Translations under genes and position numbers: made by a program
Shown: piece by piece, positions 41,242-56,300 of the stretch
Layout: each line of letters begins with the position of its first letter
Numbering within the stretch: position 1 is the first letter of the stretch
NCBI GenBank assembly: GCA_964057225.1
Contig: CAXKVF010000075.1
Span: forward strand, 620,001 to 684,000
Direction: 5' to 3'
Length of the DNA stretch: 64,000 bases
DNA from: Auanema rhodensis
Taxonomy: Eukaryota > Animalia > Nematoda
Notes under the pieces: generated by a model
Databases searched by the model: none
Seen by the model: the letters and a program-made list of their open reading frames with translations, nothing else
Told to the model about the DNA's origin: nothing

Positions 41242-44200
41242 CAATTAGATTCCCCATGTCCATATTAGTCTAAAAACAAATTTTTAATGATATTGGTGCA
41301 TGGTAACCATGACTTTGAAATTTACGTGAACTTTAATTTATGCTAATTAAATACACACGTGATGTGCACTTGGTATGTAACTCGCTTCACGTGAAAGATA
41401 AAGAGATGCGGTTTTCAAAATTAGATTCCCCATGTCCATATTAGTCTAAAAACGAATTTTTATTTATATTGGTGCATGGTAACCACGACTTTGAAATTTA
41501 CGTGAACTTTAATTTATGCTAATTAAATGTACACGTGATGTGCACTTGGTATGTAACTCGCTTCACGTGAAAGATAAAGAGATGCGGTTTTCGAAATTAG
41601 ATTCCCCATGTCCATATTAGTCTAAAAACAAATTTTTATTGATATTGGTGCATGGTAACCATGACTTTCAAATTTACGTGAACTTTAATTTATGCTAATT
41701 AAATGTACACGTGATGTGCACTTGGTATGTAACTCGCTTCACGTGAAAGATAAAGAGATGCGGTTTTCAAAATTAGATTCCCCATGTCCATATTAGTCTA
41801 AAAACAAATTTTTATTGATATTGGTTCATGGTAACCATGACTTTGAAATTTACGTGAACTTTAATTTATGCTAATTAAATGTACACGTGATGTGCACTTG
41901 GTATGTAACTCGCTTCACGTGGAAGATAAAGAGATGCGGTTTTCAAAATTAGATTCCCCATGTCCATATTAGTCTAAAATCAAATTTTTATTGATATTGG
42001 TGCATGGTAACCATGACTTTGAAATTTACGTGAACTTTAATTTATGCTAATTAAATGTACACGTGATGTGCACTTGGTATGTAACTCGCTTCACGTGAAA
42101 GATAAAGAGATGCGGTTTTCAAAATTAGATTCCTCATGTCCATATTAGTCTAAAAACAAATTTTTATTGATATTGGTGCATGGTAACCATGACTTTGAAA
42201 TTTACGTGAACTTTAATTTATGCTAATTAAATGTACACGTGATGTGCACTTGGTATGTAACTCGCTTCACGTGAAAGATAAAGAGATGCGGTTTTCGAAA
42301 TTAGATTCCCCATGTCCATATTAGTCTAAAAACAAATTTTTATTGATATTGGTGCATGGTAACCATGACTTTCAAATTTACGTGAACTTTAATTTATGCT
42401 AATTAAATGTACACGTGATGTGCACTTGGTATGTAACTCGCTTCACGTGAAAGATAAAGAGATGCGGTTTTCAAAATTAGATTCCCCATGTCCATATTAG
42501 TCTAAAAACAAATTTTTATTGATATTGGTGCATGGTAACCATGACTTTCAAATTTACGTGAACTTTAATTTATGCTAATTAAATGTACACGTGATGTGCA
42601 CTTGGTATGTAACTCGCTTCACGTGAAAGATAAAGAGATGCGGTTTTCAAAATTAGATTCCCCATGTCCATATTAGTCTAAAAACAAATTTTTATTGATA
42701 TTGGTTCATGGTAACCATGACTTTGAAATTTACGTGAACTTTAATTTATGCTAATTAAATGTACACGTGATGTGCACTTGGTATGTAACTCGCTTCACGT
42801 GAAATATAAAGAGATGCGGTTTTCAAAATTAGATTCCCCATGTCCATATTAGTCTAAACTCAAATTTTTATTGATATTGGTGCATGGTAACCATGACTTT
42901 GAAATTTACGTGAACTTTAATTTATGCTAATTAAATGTACACGTGATGTGCACTTGGTATGTAACTCGCTTCACGTGAAAGATAAAGAGATGCGGTTTTC
43001 AAAATTAGATTCCTCATGTCCATATTAGTCTAAAAACAAATTTTTATTGATATTGGTGCATGGTAACCATGACTTTGAAATTTACGTGAACTTTAATTTA
43101 TGCTAATTAAATGTACACGTGATGTGCACTTGGTATGTAACTCGCTTCACGTGAAAGATAAAGAGATGCGGTTTTCAAAATTAGATTGCCCATGTCCATA
43201 TTAGTCTAAAAACAAATTTTTATTGATATTGGTGCATGGTAACCATGACTTTGAAATTTACGTGAACTTTAATTTATGCTAATTAAATGTACACGTGATG
43301 TGCACTTGGTATGTAACTCGCTTCACGTGAAAGATAAAGAGATGCGGTTTTCAAAATTAGATTCCCCATGTCCATATTAGTCTAAAAACGAATTTTTATT
43401 TATATTGGTGCATGGTAACCACGACTTTGAAATTTACGTGAACTTTAATTTATGCTAATTAAATGTACACGTGATGTGCACTTGGTATGTAACTCGCTTC
43501 ACGTGAAAGATAAAGAGATGCGGTTTTCGAAATTAGATTCCCCATGTCCATATTAGTCTAAAAACAAATTTTTATTGATATTGGTTCATGGTAACCATGA
43601 CTTTGAAATTTACGTGAACTTTAATTTATGCTAATTAAATGTACACGTGATGTGCACTTGTTATGTAACTCGCTTCACGTGAAAGATAAAGAGATGCGGT
43701 TTTCAAAATTAGATTCCCCATGTCCATATTAGTCTAAAATCAAATTTTTATTGATATTGGTGCATGGTAACCATGACTTTGAAATTTACGTGAACTTTAA
43801 TTTATGCTAATTAAATGTACACGTGATGTGCACTTGGTATGTAACTCGCTTCACGTGAAAGATAAAGAGATGCGGTTTTCAAAATTAGATTCCTCATGTC
43901 CATATTAGTCTAAAAACAAATTTTTATTGATATTGGTGCATGGTAACCATGACTTTGAAATTTACGTGAACTTTAATTTATGCTAATTAAATGTACACGT
44001 GATGTGCACTTGGTATGTAACTCGCTTCACGTGAAAGATAAAGAGATGCGGTTTTCAAAATTAGATTCCCCATGTCCATATTAGTCTAAAAACGAATTTT
44101 TATTGATATTGGTGCATGGTAACCATGACTTTGAAATTTACGTGAACTTTAATTTATGCTAATTAAATGTACACGTGATGTGCACTTGGTATGTAACTCG

Positions 44201-44351
44201 CTTCACGTGAAAGATAAAGAGATGCGGTTTTCAAAATTAGATTCCCCATGTCCATATTAGTCTAAAAACAAATTTTTATTGATATTGGTGCATGGTAACC
44301 ATGACTTTGAAATTTACGTGAACTTTAATTTATGCTAATTAAATGTACACG

Positions 44352-47300
44352 TGATGTGCACTTGGTATGTAACTCGCTTCACGTGAGAGATAAAGAGATG
44401 CGGTTTTCAAAATTAGATTCCCCATGTCCATATTAGTCTAAAAACAAATTTTTATTGATATTGGTGCATGGTAACCATGACTTTGAATTTTACGTGAACT
44501 TTAATTTATGCTAATTAAATGTACACTTGATGTGCACTTGGTATGTAACTCGCTTCACGTGAAAGATAAAGAGATGCGGTTTTCACAATTAGATTCCCCA
44601 TGTCCATATTAGTCTAAAAACAAATTTTTATTGATATTGGTGCATGGTAACCATGACTTTGAAATTTACGTGAACTTTAATTTATGCTAATTAAATGTAC
44701 ACGTGATGTGCACTTGGTATGTAACTCGCTTCACGTGAAAGATAAAGAGATGCGGTTTTCAAAATTAGATTCCCCATGTCCATATTAGTCTAAAAACAGA
44801 TTTTTATTGATATTGGTGCATGGTAACCATGACTTTGAAATTTACGTGAACTTTAATTTATGCTAATTAAATGTACACGTGATGTGCACTTGGTATGTAA
44901 CTCGCTTCACGTGAGAGATAAAGAGATGCGGTTTTCAAAATTAGATTCCCCATGTCCATATTAGTCTAAAAACAAATTTTTATTGATATTGGTGCATGGT
45001 AACCATGACTTTGAATTTTACGTGAACTTTAATTTATGCTAATTAAATGTACACTTGATGTGCACTTGGTATGTAACTCGCTTCACGTGAAAGATAAAGA
45101 GATGCGGTTTTCAAAATTAGATTCCCCATGTCCATATTAGTCTAAAAACAAATTTTTATTGATATTGGTGCATGGTAACCATGACTTTGAAATTTACGTG
45201 AACTTTAATTTATGCTAATTAAATGTACACGTGATGTGCACTTGGTATGTAACTCGCTTCACGTGAAAGATAAAGAGATGCGGTTTTCAAAATTAGATTC
45301 CCCATGTCCATATTAGTCTAAAAACAGATTTGTATTGATATTGGTTCATGGTAACCATGACTTTGAAATTTACGTGAACTTTAATTTATGCTAATTAAAT
45401 GTACACGTGATGTGCACTTGGTATGTAACTCGCTTCACGTGAAAGATAAAGAGATGCGGTTTTCAAAATTAGATTCCCCATGTCCATATTAGTCTAAAAA
45501 CAAATTTTTATTGATATTGCTTCATGGTAACCATGACTTTGAAATTTACGTGAACTTTAATTTATGCTAATTAAATGTACACGTGATGTGCACTTGGTAT
45601 GTAACTCGCTTCACGTGAAAGATAAAGAGATGCGGTTTTCAAAATTAGATTCCCCATTTCCATATTAGTCTAAAAACAAATTTTTATTGATATTAGTGCA
45701 TGGTAACCATGACTTTGAAATTTACGTGAACTTTAATTTATGCTAATTAAATGTACACGTGATGTGCACTCGGTATGTAACTCGCTTCACGTGAAAGATA
45801 AAGACATGCGGTTTTCAAAATTAGATTCCCCATGTCCATATTAGTCTAAAAACAAATTTTTATTGATATTGGTGCATGGTAACCATGACTTTGAAATTTA
45901 CGTGAACTTTAATTTATGCTAATTAAATGTACACGTGATGTGCACTTGGTATGTAACTCGCTTCACGTGAAAGATAAAGAGATGCGGTTTTCAAAATTAG
46001 ATTCCCCATGTCCATATTAGTCTAAAAACAAATTTTTATTGATATTGGTGCATGGTAACCATGACTTTGAAATTTACGTGAACTTTAATTTATGCTAATT
46101 AAATGTACACGTGATGTGCACTTGGTATGTAACTCGCTTCACGTGAAAGATAAAGAGATGCGGTTTTCAAAATTAGATTGCCCATGTCCATATTAGTCTA
46201 AAAACAAATTTTTATTGATATTGGTGCATGGTAACCATGACTTTGAAATTTACGTGAACTTTAATTTATGCTAATTAAATGTACACGTGATGTGCACTTG
46301 GTATGTAACTCGCTTCACGTGAAAGATAAAGAGATGCGGTTTTCAAAATTAGATTCCTCATGTCCATATTAGTCTAAAAACAAATTTTTATTGATATTGG
46401 TGCATGGTAACCATGACTTTGAAATTTACGTGAACTTTAATTTATGCTAATTAAATGTACACGTGATGTGCACTTGGTATGTAACTCGCTTCACGTGAAA
46501 GATAAAGAGATGCGGTTTTCAAAATTAGATTGCCCATGTCCATATTAGTCTAAAAACAAATTTTTATTGATATTGGTGCATGGTAACCATGACTTTGAAA
46601 TTTACGTGAACTTTAATTTATGCTAATTAAATGTACACGTGATGTGCACTTGGTATGTAACTCGCTTCACGTGAAAGATAAAGAGATGCGGTTTTCAAAA
46701 TTAGATTCCCCATGTCCATATTAGTCTAAAAACGAATTTTTATTTATATTGGTGCATGGTAACCACGACTTTGAAATTTACGTGAACTTTAATTTATGCT
46801 AATTAAATGTACACGTGATGTGCACTTGGTATGTAACTCGCTTCACGTGAGAGATAAAGAGATGCGGTTTTCAAAATTAGATTCCCCATGTCCATATTAG
46901 TCTAAAAACAAATTTTTATTGATATTGGTGCATGGTAACCATGACTTTGAATTTTACGTGAACTTTAATTTATGCTAATTAAATGTACACTTGATGTGCA
47001 CTTGGTATGTAACTCGCTTCACGTGAAAGATAAAGAGATGCGGTTTTCACAATTAGATTCCCCATGTCCATATTAGTCTAAAAACAAATTTTTATTGATA
47101 TTGGTGCATGGTAACCATGACTTTGAAATTTACGTGAACTTTAATTTATGCTAATTAAATGTACACGTGATGTGCACTTGGTATGTAACTCGCTTCACGT
47201 GAAAGATAAAGAGATGCGGTTTTCAAAATTAGATTCCCCATGTCCATATTAGTCTAAAAACAGATTTTTATTGATATTGGTGCATGGTAACCATGACTTT

Positions 47301-50300
47301 GAAATTTACGTGAACTTTAATTTATGCTAATTAAATGTACACGTGATGTGCACTTGGTATGTAACTCGCTTCACGTGAGAGATAAAGAGATGCGGTTTTC
47401 AAAATTAGATTCCCCATGTCCATATTAGTCTAAAAACAAATTTTTATTGATATTGGTGCATGGTAACCATGACTTTGAATTTTACGTGAACTTTAATTTA
47501 TGCTAATTAAATGTACACTTGATGTGCACTTGGTATGTAACTCGCTTCACGTGAAAGATAAAGAGATGCGGTTTTCAAAATTAGATTCCCCATGTCCATA
47601 TTAGTCTAAAAACAAATTTTTATTGATATTGGTGCATGGTAACCATGACTTTGAAATTTACGTGAACTTTAATTTATGCTAATTAAATGTACACGTGATG
47701 TGCACTTGGTATGTAACTCGCTTCACGTGAAAGATAAAGAGATGCGGTTTTCAAAATTAGATTCCCCATGTCCATATTAGTCTAAAAACAGATTTGTATT
47801 GATATTGGTTCATGGTAACCATGACTTTGAAATTTACGTGAACTTTAATTTATGCTAATTAAATGTACACGTGATGTGCACTTGGTATGTAACTCGCTTC
47901 ACGTGAAAGATAAAGAGATGCGGTTTTCAAAATTAGATTCCCCATGTCCATATTAGTCTAAAAACAAATTTTTATTGATATTGCTTCATGGTAACCATGA
48001 CTTTGAAATTTACGTGAACTTTAATTTATGCTAATTAAATGTACACGTGATGTGCACTTGGTATGTAACTCGCTTCACGTGAAAGATAAAGAGATGCGGT
48101 TTTCAAAATTAGATTCCCCATTTCCATATTAGTCTAAAAACAAATTTTTATTGATATTAGTGCATGGTAACCATGACTTTGAAATTTACGTGAACTTTAA
48201 TTTATGCTAATTAAATGTACACGTGATGTGCACTCGGTATGTAACTCGCTTCACGTGAAAGATAAAGACATGCGGTTTTCAAAATTAGATTCCCCATGTC
48301 CATATTAGTCTAAAAACAAATTTTTATTGATATTGGTGCATGGTAACCATGACTTTGAAATTTACGTGAACTTTAATTTATGCTAATTAAATGTACACGT
48401 GATGTGCACTTGGTATGTAACTCGCTTCACGTGAAAGATAAAGAGATGCGGTTTTCAAAATTAGATTCCCCATGTCCATATTAGTCTAAAAACAAATTTT
48501 TATTGATATTGGTGCATGGTAACCATGACTTTGAAATTTACGTGAACTTTAATTTATGCTAATTAAATGTACACGTGATGTGCACTTGGTATGTAACTCG
48601 CTTCACGTGAAAGATAAAGAGATGCGGTTTTCAAAATTAGATTGCCCATGTCCATATTAGTCTAAAAACAAATTTTTATTGATATTGGTGCATGGTAACC
48701 ATGACTTTGAAATTTACGTGAACTTTAATTTATGCTAATTAAATGTACACGTGATGTGCACTTGGTATGTAACTCGCTTCACGTGAAAGATAAAGAGATG
48801 CGGTTTTCAAAATTAGATTCCTCATGTCCATATTAGTCTAAAAACAAATTTTTATTGATATTGGTGCATGGTAACCATGACTTTGAAATTTACGTGAACT
48901 TTAATTTATGCTAATTAAATGTACACGTGATGTGCACTTGGTATGTAACTCGCTTCACGTGAAAGATAAAGAGATGCGGTTTTCAAAATTAGATTGCCCA
49001 TGTCCATATTAGTCTAAAAACAAATTTTTATTGATATTGGTGCATGGTAACCATGACTTTGAAATTTACGTGAACTTTAATTTATGCTAATTAAATGTAC
49101 ACGTGATGTGCACTTGGTATGTAACTCGCTTCACGTGAAAGATAAAGAGATGCGGTTTTCAAAATTAGATTCCCCATGTCCATATTAGTCTAAAAACGAA
49201 TTTTTATTTATATTGGTGCATGGTAACCACGACTTTGAAATTTACGTGAACTTTAATTTATGCTAATTAAATGTACACGTGATGTGCACTTGGTATGTAA
49301 CTCGCTTCACGTGAAAGATAAAGAGATGCGGTTTTCGAAATTAGATTCCCCATGTCCATATTAGTCTAAAAACAAATTTTTATTGATATTGGTTCATGGT
49401 AACCATGACTTTGAAATTTACGTGAACTTTAATTTATGCTAATTAAATGTACACGTGATGTGCACTTGTTATGTAACTCGCTTCACGTGAAAGATAAAGA
49501 GATGCGGTTTTCAAAATTAGATTCCCCATGTCCATATTAGTCTAAAATCAAATTTTTATTGATATTGGTGCATGGTAACCATGACTTTGAAATTTACGTG
49601 AACTTTAATTTATGCTAATTAAATGTACACGTGATGTGCACTTGGTATGTAACTCGCTTCACGTGAAAGATAAAGAGATGCGGTTTTCAAAATTAGATTC
49701 CTCATGTCCATATTAGTCTAAAAACAAATTTTTATTGATATTGGTGCATGGTAACCATGACTTTGAAATTTACGTGAACTTTAATTTATGCTAATTAAAT
49801 GTACACGTGATGTGCACTTGGTATGTAACTCGCTTCACGTGAAAGATAAAGAGATGCGGTTTTCAAAATTAGATTCCCCATGTCCATATTAGTCTAAAAA
49901 CGAATTTTTATTGATATTGGTGCATGGTAACCATGACTTTGAAATTTACGTGAACTTTAATTTATGCTAATTAAATGTACACGTGATGTGCACTTGGTAT
50001 GTAACTCGCTTCACGTGAAAGATAAAGAGATGCGGTTTTCAAAATTAGATTCCCCATGTCCATATTAGTCTAAAAACAAATTTTTATTGATATTGGTGCA
50101 TGGTAACCATGACTTTGAAATTTACGTGAACTTTAATTTATGCTAATTAAATGTACACGTGATGTGCACTTGGTATGTAACTCGCTTCACGTGAGAGATA
50201 AAGAGATGCGGTTTTCAAAATTAGATTCCCCATGTCCATATTAGTCTAAAAACAAATTTTTATTGATATTGGTGCATGGTAACCATGACTTTGAATTTTA

Positions 50301-53300
50301 CGTGAACTTTAATTTATGCTAATTAAATGTACACTTGATGTGCACTTGGTATGTAACTCGCTTCACGTGAAAGATAAAGAGATGCGGTTTTCACAATTAG
50401 ATTCCCCATGTCCATATTAGTCTAAAAACAAATTTTTATTGATATTGGTGCATGGTAACCATGACTTTGAAATTTACGTGAACTTTAATTTATGCTAATT
50501 AAATGTACACGTGATGTGCACTTGGTATGTAACTCGCTTCACGTGAAAGATAAAGAGATGCGGTTTTCAAAATTAGATTCCCCATGTCCATATTAGTCTA
50601 AAAACAGATTTTTATTGATATTGGTGCATGGTAACCATGACTTTGAAATTTACGTGAACTTTAATTTATGCTAATTAAATGTACACGTGATGTGCACTTG
50701 GTATGTAACTCGCTTCACGTGAGAGATAAAGAGATGCGGTTTTCAAAATTAGATTCCCCATGTCCATATTAGTCTAAAAACAAATTTTTATTGATATTGG
50801 TGCATGGTAACCATGACTTTGAATTTTACGTGAACTTTAATTTATGCTAATTAAATGTACACTTGATGTGCACTTGGTATGTAACTCGCTTCACGTGAAA
50901 GATAAAGAGATGCGGTTTTCAAAATTAGATTCCCCATGTCCATATTAGTCTAAAAACAAATTTTTATTGATATTGGTGCATGGTAACCATGACTTTGAAA
51001 TTTACGTGAACTTTAATTTATGCTAATTAAATGTACACGTGATGTGCACTTGGTATGTAACTCGCTTCACGTGAAAGATAAAGAGATGCGGTTTTCAAAA
51101 TTAGATTCCCCATGTCCATATTAGTCTAAAAACAGATTTGTATTGATATTGGTTCATGGTAACCATGACTTTGAAATTTACGTGAACTTTAATTTATGCT
51201 AATTAAATGTACACGTGATGTGCACTTGGTATGTAACTCGCTTCACGTGAAAGATAAAGAGATGCGGTTTTCAAAATTAGATTCCCCATGTCCATATTAG
51301 TCTAAAAACAAATTTTTATTGATATTGCTTCATGGTAACCATGACTTTGAAATTTACGTGAACTTTAATTTATGCTAATTAAATGTACACGTGATGTGCA
51401 CTTGGTATGTAACTCGCTTCACGTGAAAGATAAAGAGATGCGGTTTTCAAAATTAGATTCCCCATTTCCATATTAGTCTAAAAACAAATTTTTATTGATA
51501 TTAGTGCATGGTAACCATGACTTTGAAATTTACGTGAACTTTAATTTATGCTAATTAAATGTACACGTGATGTGCACTCGGTATGTAACTCGCTTCACGT
51601 GAAAGATAAAGACATGCGGTTTTCAAAATTAGATTCCCCATGTCCATATTAGTCTAAAAACAAATTTTTATTGATATTGGTGCATGGTAACCATGACTTT
51701 GAAATTTACGTGAACTTTAATTTATGCTAATTAAATGTACACGTGATGTGCACTTGGTATGTAACTCGCTTCACGTGAAAGATAAAGAGATGCGGTTTTC
51801 AAAATTAGATTCCCCATGTCCATATTAGTCTAAAAACAAATTTTTATTGATATTGGTGCATGGTAACCATGACTTTGAAATTTACGTGAACTTTAATTTA
51901 TGCTAATTAAATGTACACGTGATGTGCACTTGGTATGTAACTCGCTTCACGTGAAAGATAAAGAGATGCGGTTTTCAAAATTAGATTGCCCATGTCCATA
52001 TTAGTCTAAAAACAAATTTTTATTGATATTGGTGCATGGTAACCATGACTTTGAAATTTACGTGAACTTTAATTTATGCTAATTAAATGTACACGTGATG
52101 TGCACTTGGTATGTAACTCGCTTCACGTGAAAGATAAAGAGATGCGGTTTTCAAAATTAGATTCCTCATGTCCATATTAGTCTAAAAACAAATTTTTATT
52201 GATATTGGTGCATGGTAACCATGACTTTGAAATTTACGTGAACTTTAATTTATGCTAATTAAATGTACACGTGATGTGCACTTGGTATGTAACTCGCTTC
52301 ACGTGAAAGATAAAGAGATGCGGTTTTCAAAATTAGATTGCCCATGTCCATATTAGTCTAAAAACAAATTTTTATTGATATTGGTGCATGGTAACCATGA
52401 CTTTGAAATTTACGTGAACTTTAATTTATGCTAATTAAATGTACACGTGATGTGCACTTGGTATGTAACTCGCTTCACGTGAAAGATAAAGAGATGCGGT
52501 TTTCAAAATTAGATTCCCCATGTCCATATTAGTCTAAAAACGAATTTTTATTTATATTGGTGCATGGTAACCACGACTTTGAAATTTACGTGAACTTTAA
52601 TTTATGCTAATTAAATGTACACGTGATGTGCACTTGGTATGTAACTCGCTTCACGTGAAAGATAAAGAGATGCGGTTTTCGAAATTAGATTCCCCATGTC
52701 CATATTAGTCTAAAAACAAATTTTTATTGATATTGGTTCATGGTAACCATGACTTTGAAATTTACGTGAACTTTAATTTATGCTAATTAAATGTACACGT
52801 GATGTGCACTTGTTATGTAACTCGCTTCACGTGAAAGATAAAGAGATGCGGTTTTCAAAATTAGATTCCCCATGTCCATATTAGTCTAAAATCAAATTTT
52901 TATTGATATTGGTGCATGGTAACCATGACTTTGAAATTTACGTGAACTTTAATTTATGCTAATTAAATGTACACGTGATGTGCACTTGGTATGTAACTCG
53001 CTTCACGTGAAAGATAAAGAGATGCGGTTTTCAAAATTAGATTCCCCATGTCCATATTAGTCTAAAAACAAATTTTTATTGATATTGGTGCATGGTAACC
53101 ATGACTTTGAATTTTACGTGAACTTTAATTTATGCTAATTAAATGTACACTTGATGTGCACTTGGTATGTAACTCGCTTCACGTGAAAGATAAAGAGATG
53201 CGGTTTTCAAAATTAGATTCCCCATGTCCATATTAGTCTAAAAACAAATTTTTATTGATATTGGTGCATGGTAACCATGACTTTGAAATTTACGTGAACT

Positions 53301-56300
53301 TTAATTTATGCTAATTAAATGTACACGTGATGTGCACTTGGTATGTAACTCGCTTCACGTGAAAGATAAAGAGATGCGGTTTTCAAAATTAGATTCCTCA
53401 TGTCCATATTAGTCTAAAAACAAATTTTTATTGATATTGGTGCATGGTAACCATGACTTTGAAATTTACGTGAACTTTAATTTATGCTAATTAAATGTAC
53501 ACGTGATGTGCACTTGGTATGTAACTCGCTTCACGTGAAAGATAAAGAGATGCGGTTTTCAAAATTAGATTGCCCATGTCCATATTAGTCTAAAAACAAA
53601 TTTTTATTGATATTGGTGCATGGTAACCATGACTTTGAAATTTACGTGAACTTTAATTTATGCTAATTAAATGTACACGTGATGTGCACTTGGTATGTAA
53701 CTCGCTTCACGTGAAAGATAAAGAGATGCGGTTTTCAAAATTAGATTCCCCATGTCCATATTAGTCTAAAAACGAATTTTTATTTATATTGGTGCATGGT
53801 AACCACGACTTTGAAATTTACGTGAACTTTAATTTATGCTAATTAAATGTACACGTGATGTGCACTTGGTATGTAACTCGCTTCACGTGAAAGATAAAGA
53901 GATGCGGTTTTCAAAATTAGATTCCCCATGTCCATATTAGTCTAAAAACAAATTTTTATTGATATTGGTTCATGGTAACCATGACTTTGAAATTTACGTG
54001 AACTTTAATTTATGCTAATTAAATGTACACGTGATGTGCCCTTGGTATGTAACTCGCTTCACGTGAAAGATAAAGAGATGCGGTTTTCAAAATTAGATTC
54101 CCCATGTCCATATTAGTCTAAAAACAAATTTTTATTGATATTGGTGCATGGTAACCATGACTTTGAAATTTACGTGAACTTTAATTTATGCTAATTAAAT
54201 GTACACGTGACGTGCACTTGGTATGTAACTCGCTTCACGTGAAAGATAAAGAGATGCGGTTTTCAAAATTAGATTCCCCATGTCCATATTAGTCTAAAAA
54301 CGAATTTTTATTGATATTGGTGCATGGTAACCATGACTTTGAAATTTACGTGAACTTTAATTTATGCTAATTAAATGTACACGTGATGTGCACTTGGTAT
54401 GTAACTCGCTTCACGTGAGAGATAAAGAGATGCGGTTTTCAAAATTAGATTCCCCATGTCCATATTAGTCTAAAAACAAATTTTTATTGATATTGGTGCA
54501 TGGTAACCATGACTTTGAATTTTACGTGAACTTTAATTTATGCTAATTAAATGTACACTTGATGTGCACTTGGTATGTAACTCGCTTCACGTGAAAGATA
54601 AAGAGATGCGGTTTTCACAATTAGATTCCCCATGTCCATATTAGTCTAAAAACAAATTTTTATTGATATTGGTGCATGGTAACCATGACTTTGAAATTTA
54701 CGTGAACTTTAATTTATGCTAATTAAATGTACACGTGATGTGCACTTGGTATGTAACTCGCTTCACGTGAAAGATAAAGAGATGCGGTTTTCAAAATTAG
54801 ATTCCCCATGTCCATATTAGTCTAAAAACAGATTTTTATTGATATTGGTGCATGGTAACCATGACTTTGAAATTTACGTGAACTTTAATTTATGCTAATT
54901 AAATGTACACGTGATGTGCACTTGGTATGTAACTCGCTTCACGTGAGAGATAAAGAGATGCGGTTTTCAAAATTAGATTCCCCATGTCCATATTAGTCTA
55001 AAAACAAATTTTTATTGATATTGGTGCATGGTAACCATGACTTTGAATTTTACGTGAACTTTAATTTATGCTAATTAAATGTACACTTGATGTGCACTTG
55101 GTATGTAACTCGCTTCACGTGAAAGATAAAGAGATGCGGTTTTCAAAATTAGATTCCCCATGTCCATATTAGTCTAAAAACAAATTTTTATTGATATTGG
55201 TGCATGGTAACCATGACTTTGAAATTTACGTGAACTTTAATTTATGCTAATTAAATGTACACGTGATGTGCACTTGGTATGTAACTCGCTTCACGTGAAA
55301 GATAAAGAGATGCGGTTTTCAAAATTAGATTCCCCATGTCCATATTAGTCTAAAAACAGATTTGTATTGATATTGGTTCATGGTAACCATGACTTTGAAA
55401 TTTACGTGAACTTTAATTTATGCTAATTAAATGTACACGTGATGTGCACTTGGTATGTAACTCGCTTCACGTGAAAGATAAAGAGATGCGGTTTTCAAAA
55501 TTAGATTCCCCATGTCCATATTAGTCTAAAAACAAATTTTTATTGATATTGCTTCATGGTAACCATGACTTTGAAATTTACGTGAACTTTAATTTATGCT
55601 AATTAAATGTACACGTGATGTGCACTTGGTATGTAACTCGCTTCACGTGAAAGATAAAGAGATGCGGTTTTCAAAATTAGATTCCCCATTTCCATATTAG
55701 TCTAAAAACAAATTTTTATTGATATTAGTGCATGGTAACCATGACTTTGAAATTTACGTGAACTTTAATTTATGCTAATTAAATGTACACGTGATGTGCA
55801 CTCGGTATGTAACTCGCTTCACGTGAAAGATAAAGACATGCGGTTTTCAAAATTAGATTCCCCATGTCCATATTAGTCTAAAAACAAATTTTTATTGATA
55901 TTGGTGCATGGTAACCATGACTTTGAAATTTACGTGAACTTTAATTTATGCTAATTAAATGTACACGTGATGTGCACTTGGTATGTAACTCGCTTCACGT
56001 GAAAGATAAAGAGATGCGGTTTTCAAAATTAGATTCCCCATGTCCATATTAGTCTAAAAACAAATTTTTATTGATATTGGTGCATGGTAACCATGACTTT
56101 GAAATTTACGTGAACTTTAATTTATGCTAATTAAATGTACACGTGATGTGCACTTGGTATGTAACTCGCTTCACGTGAAAGATAAAGAGATGCGGTTTTC
56201 AAAATTAGATTCCCCATGTCCATATTAGTCTAAAAACAAATTTTTATTGATATTGGTGCATGGTAACCATGACTTTGAATTTTACGTGAACTTTAATTTA

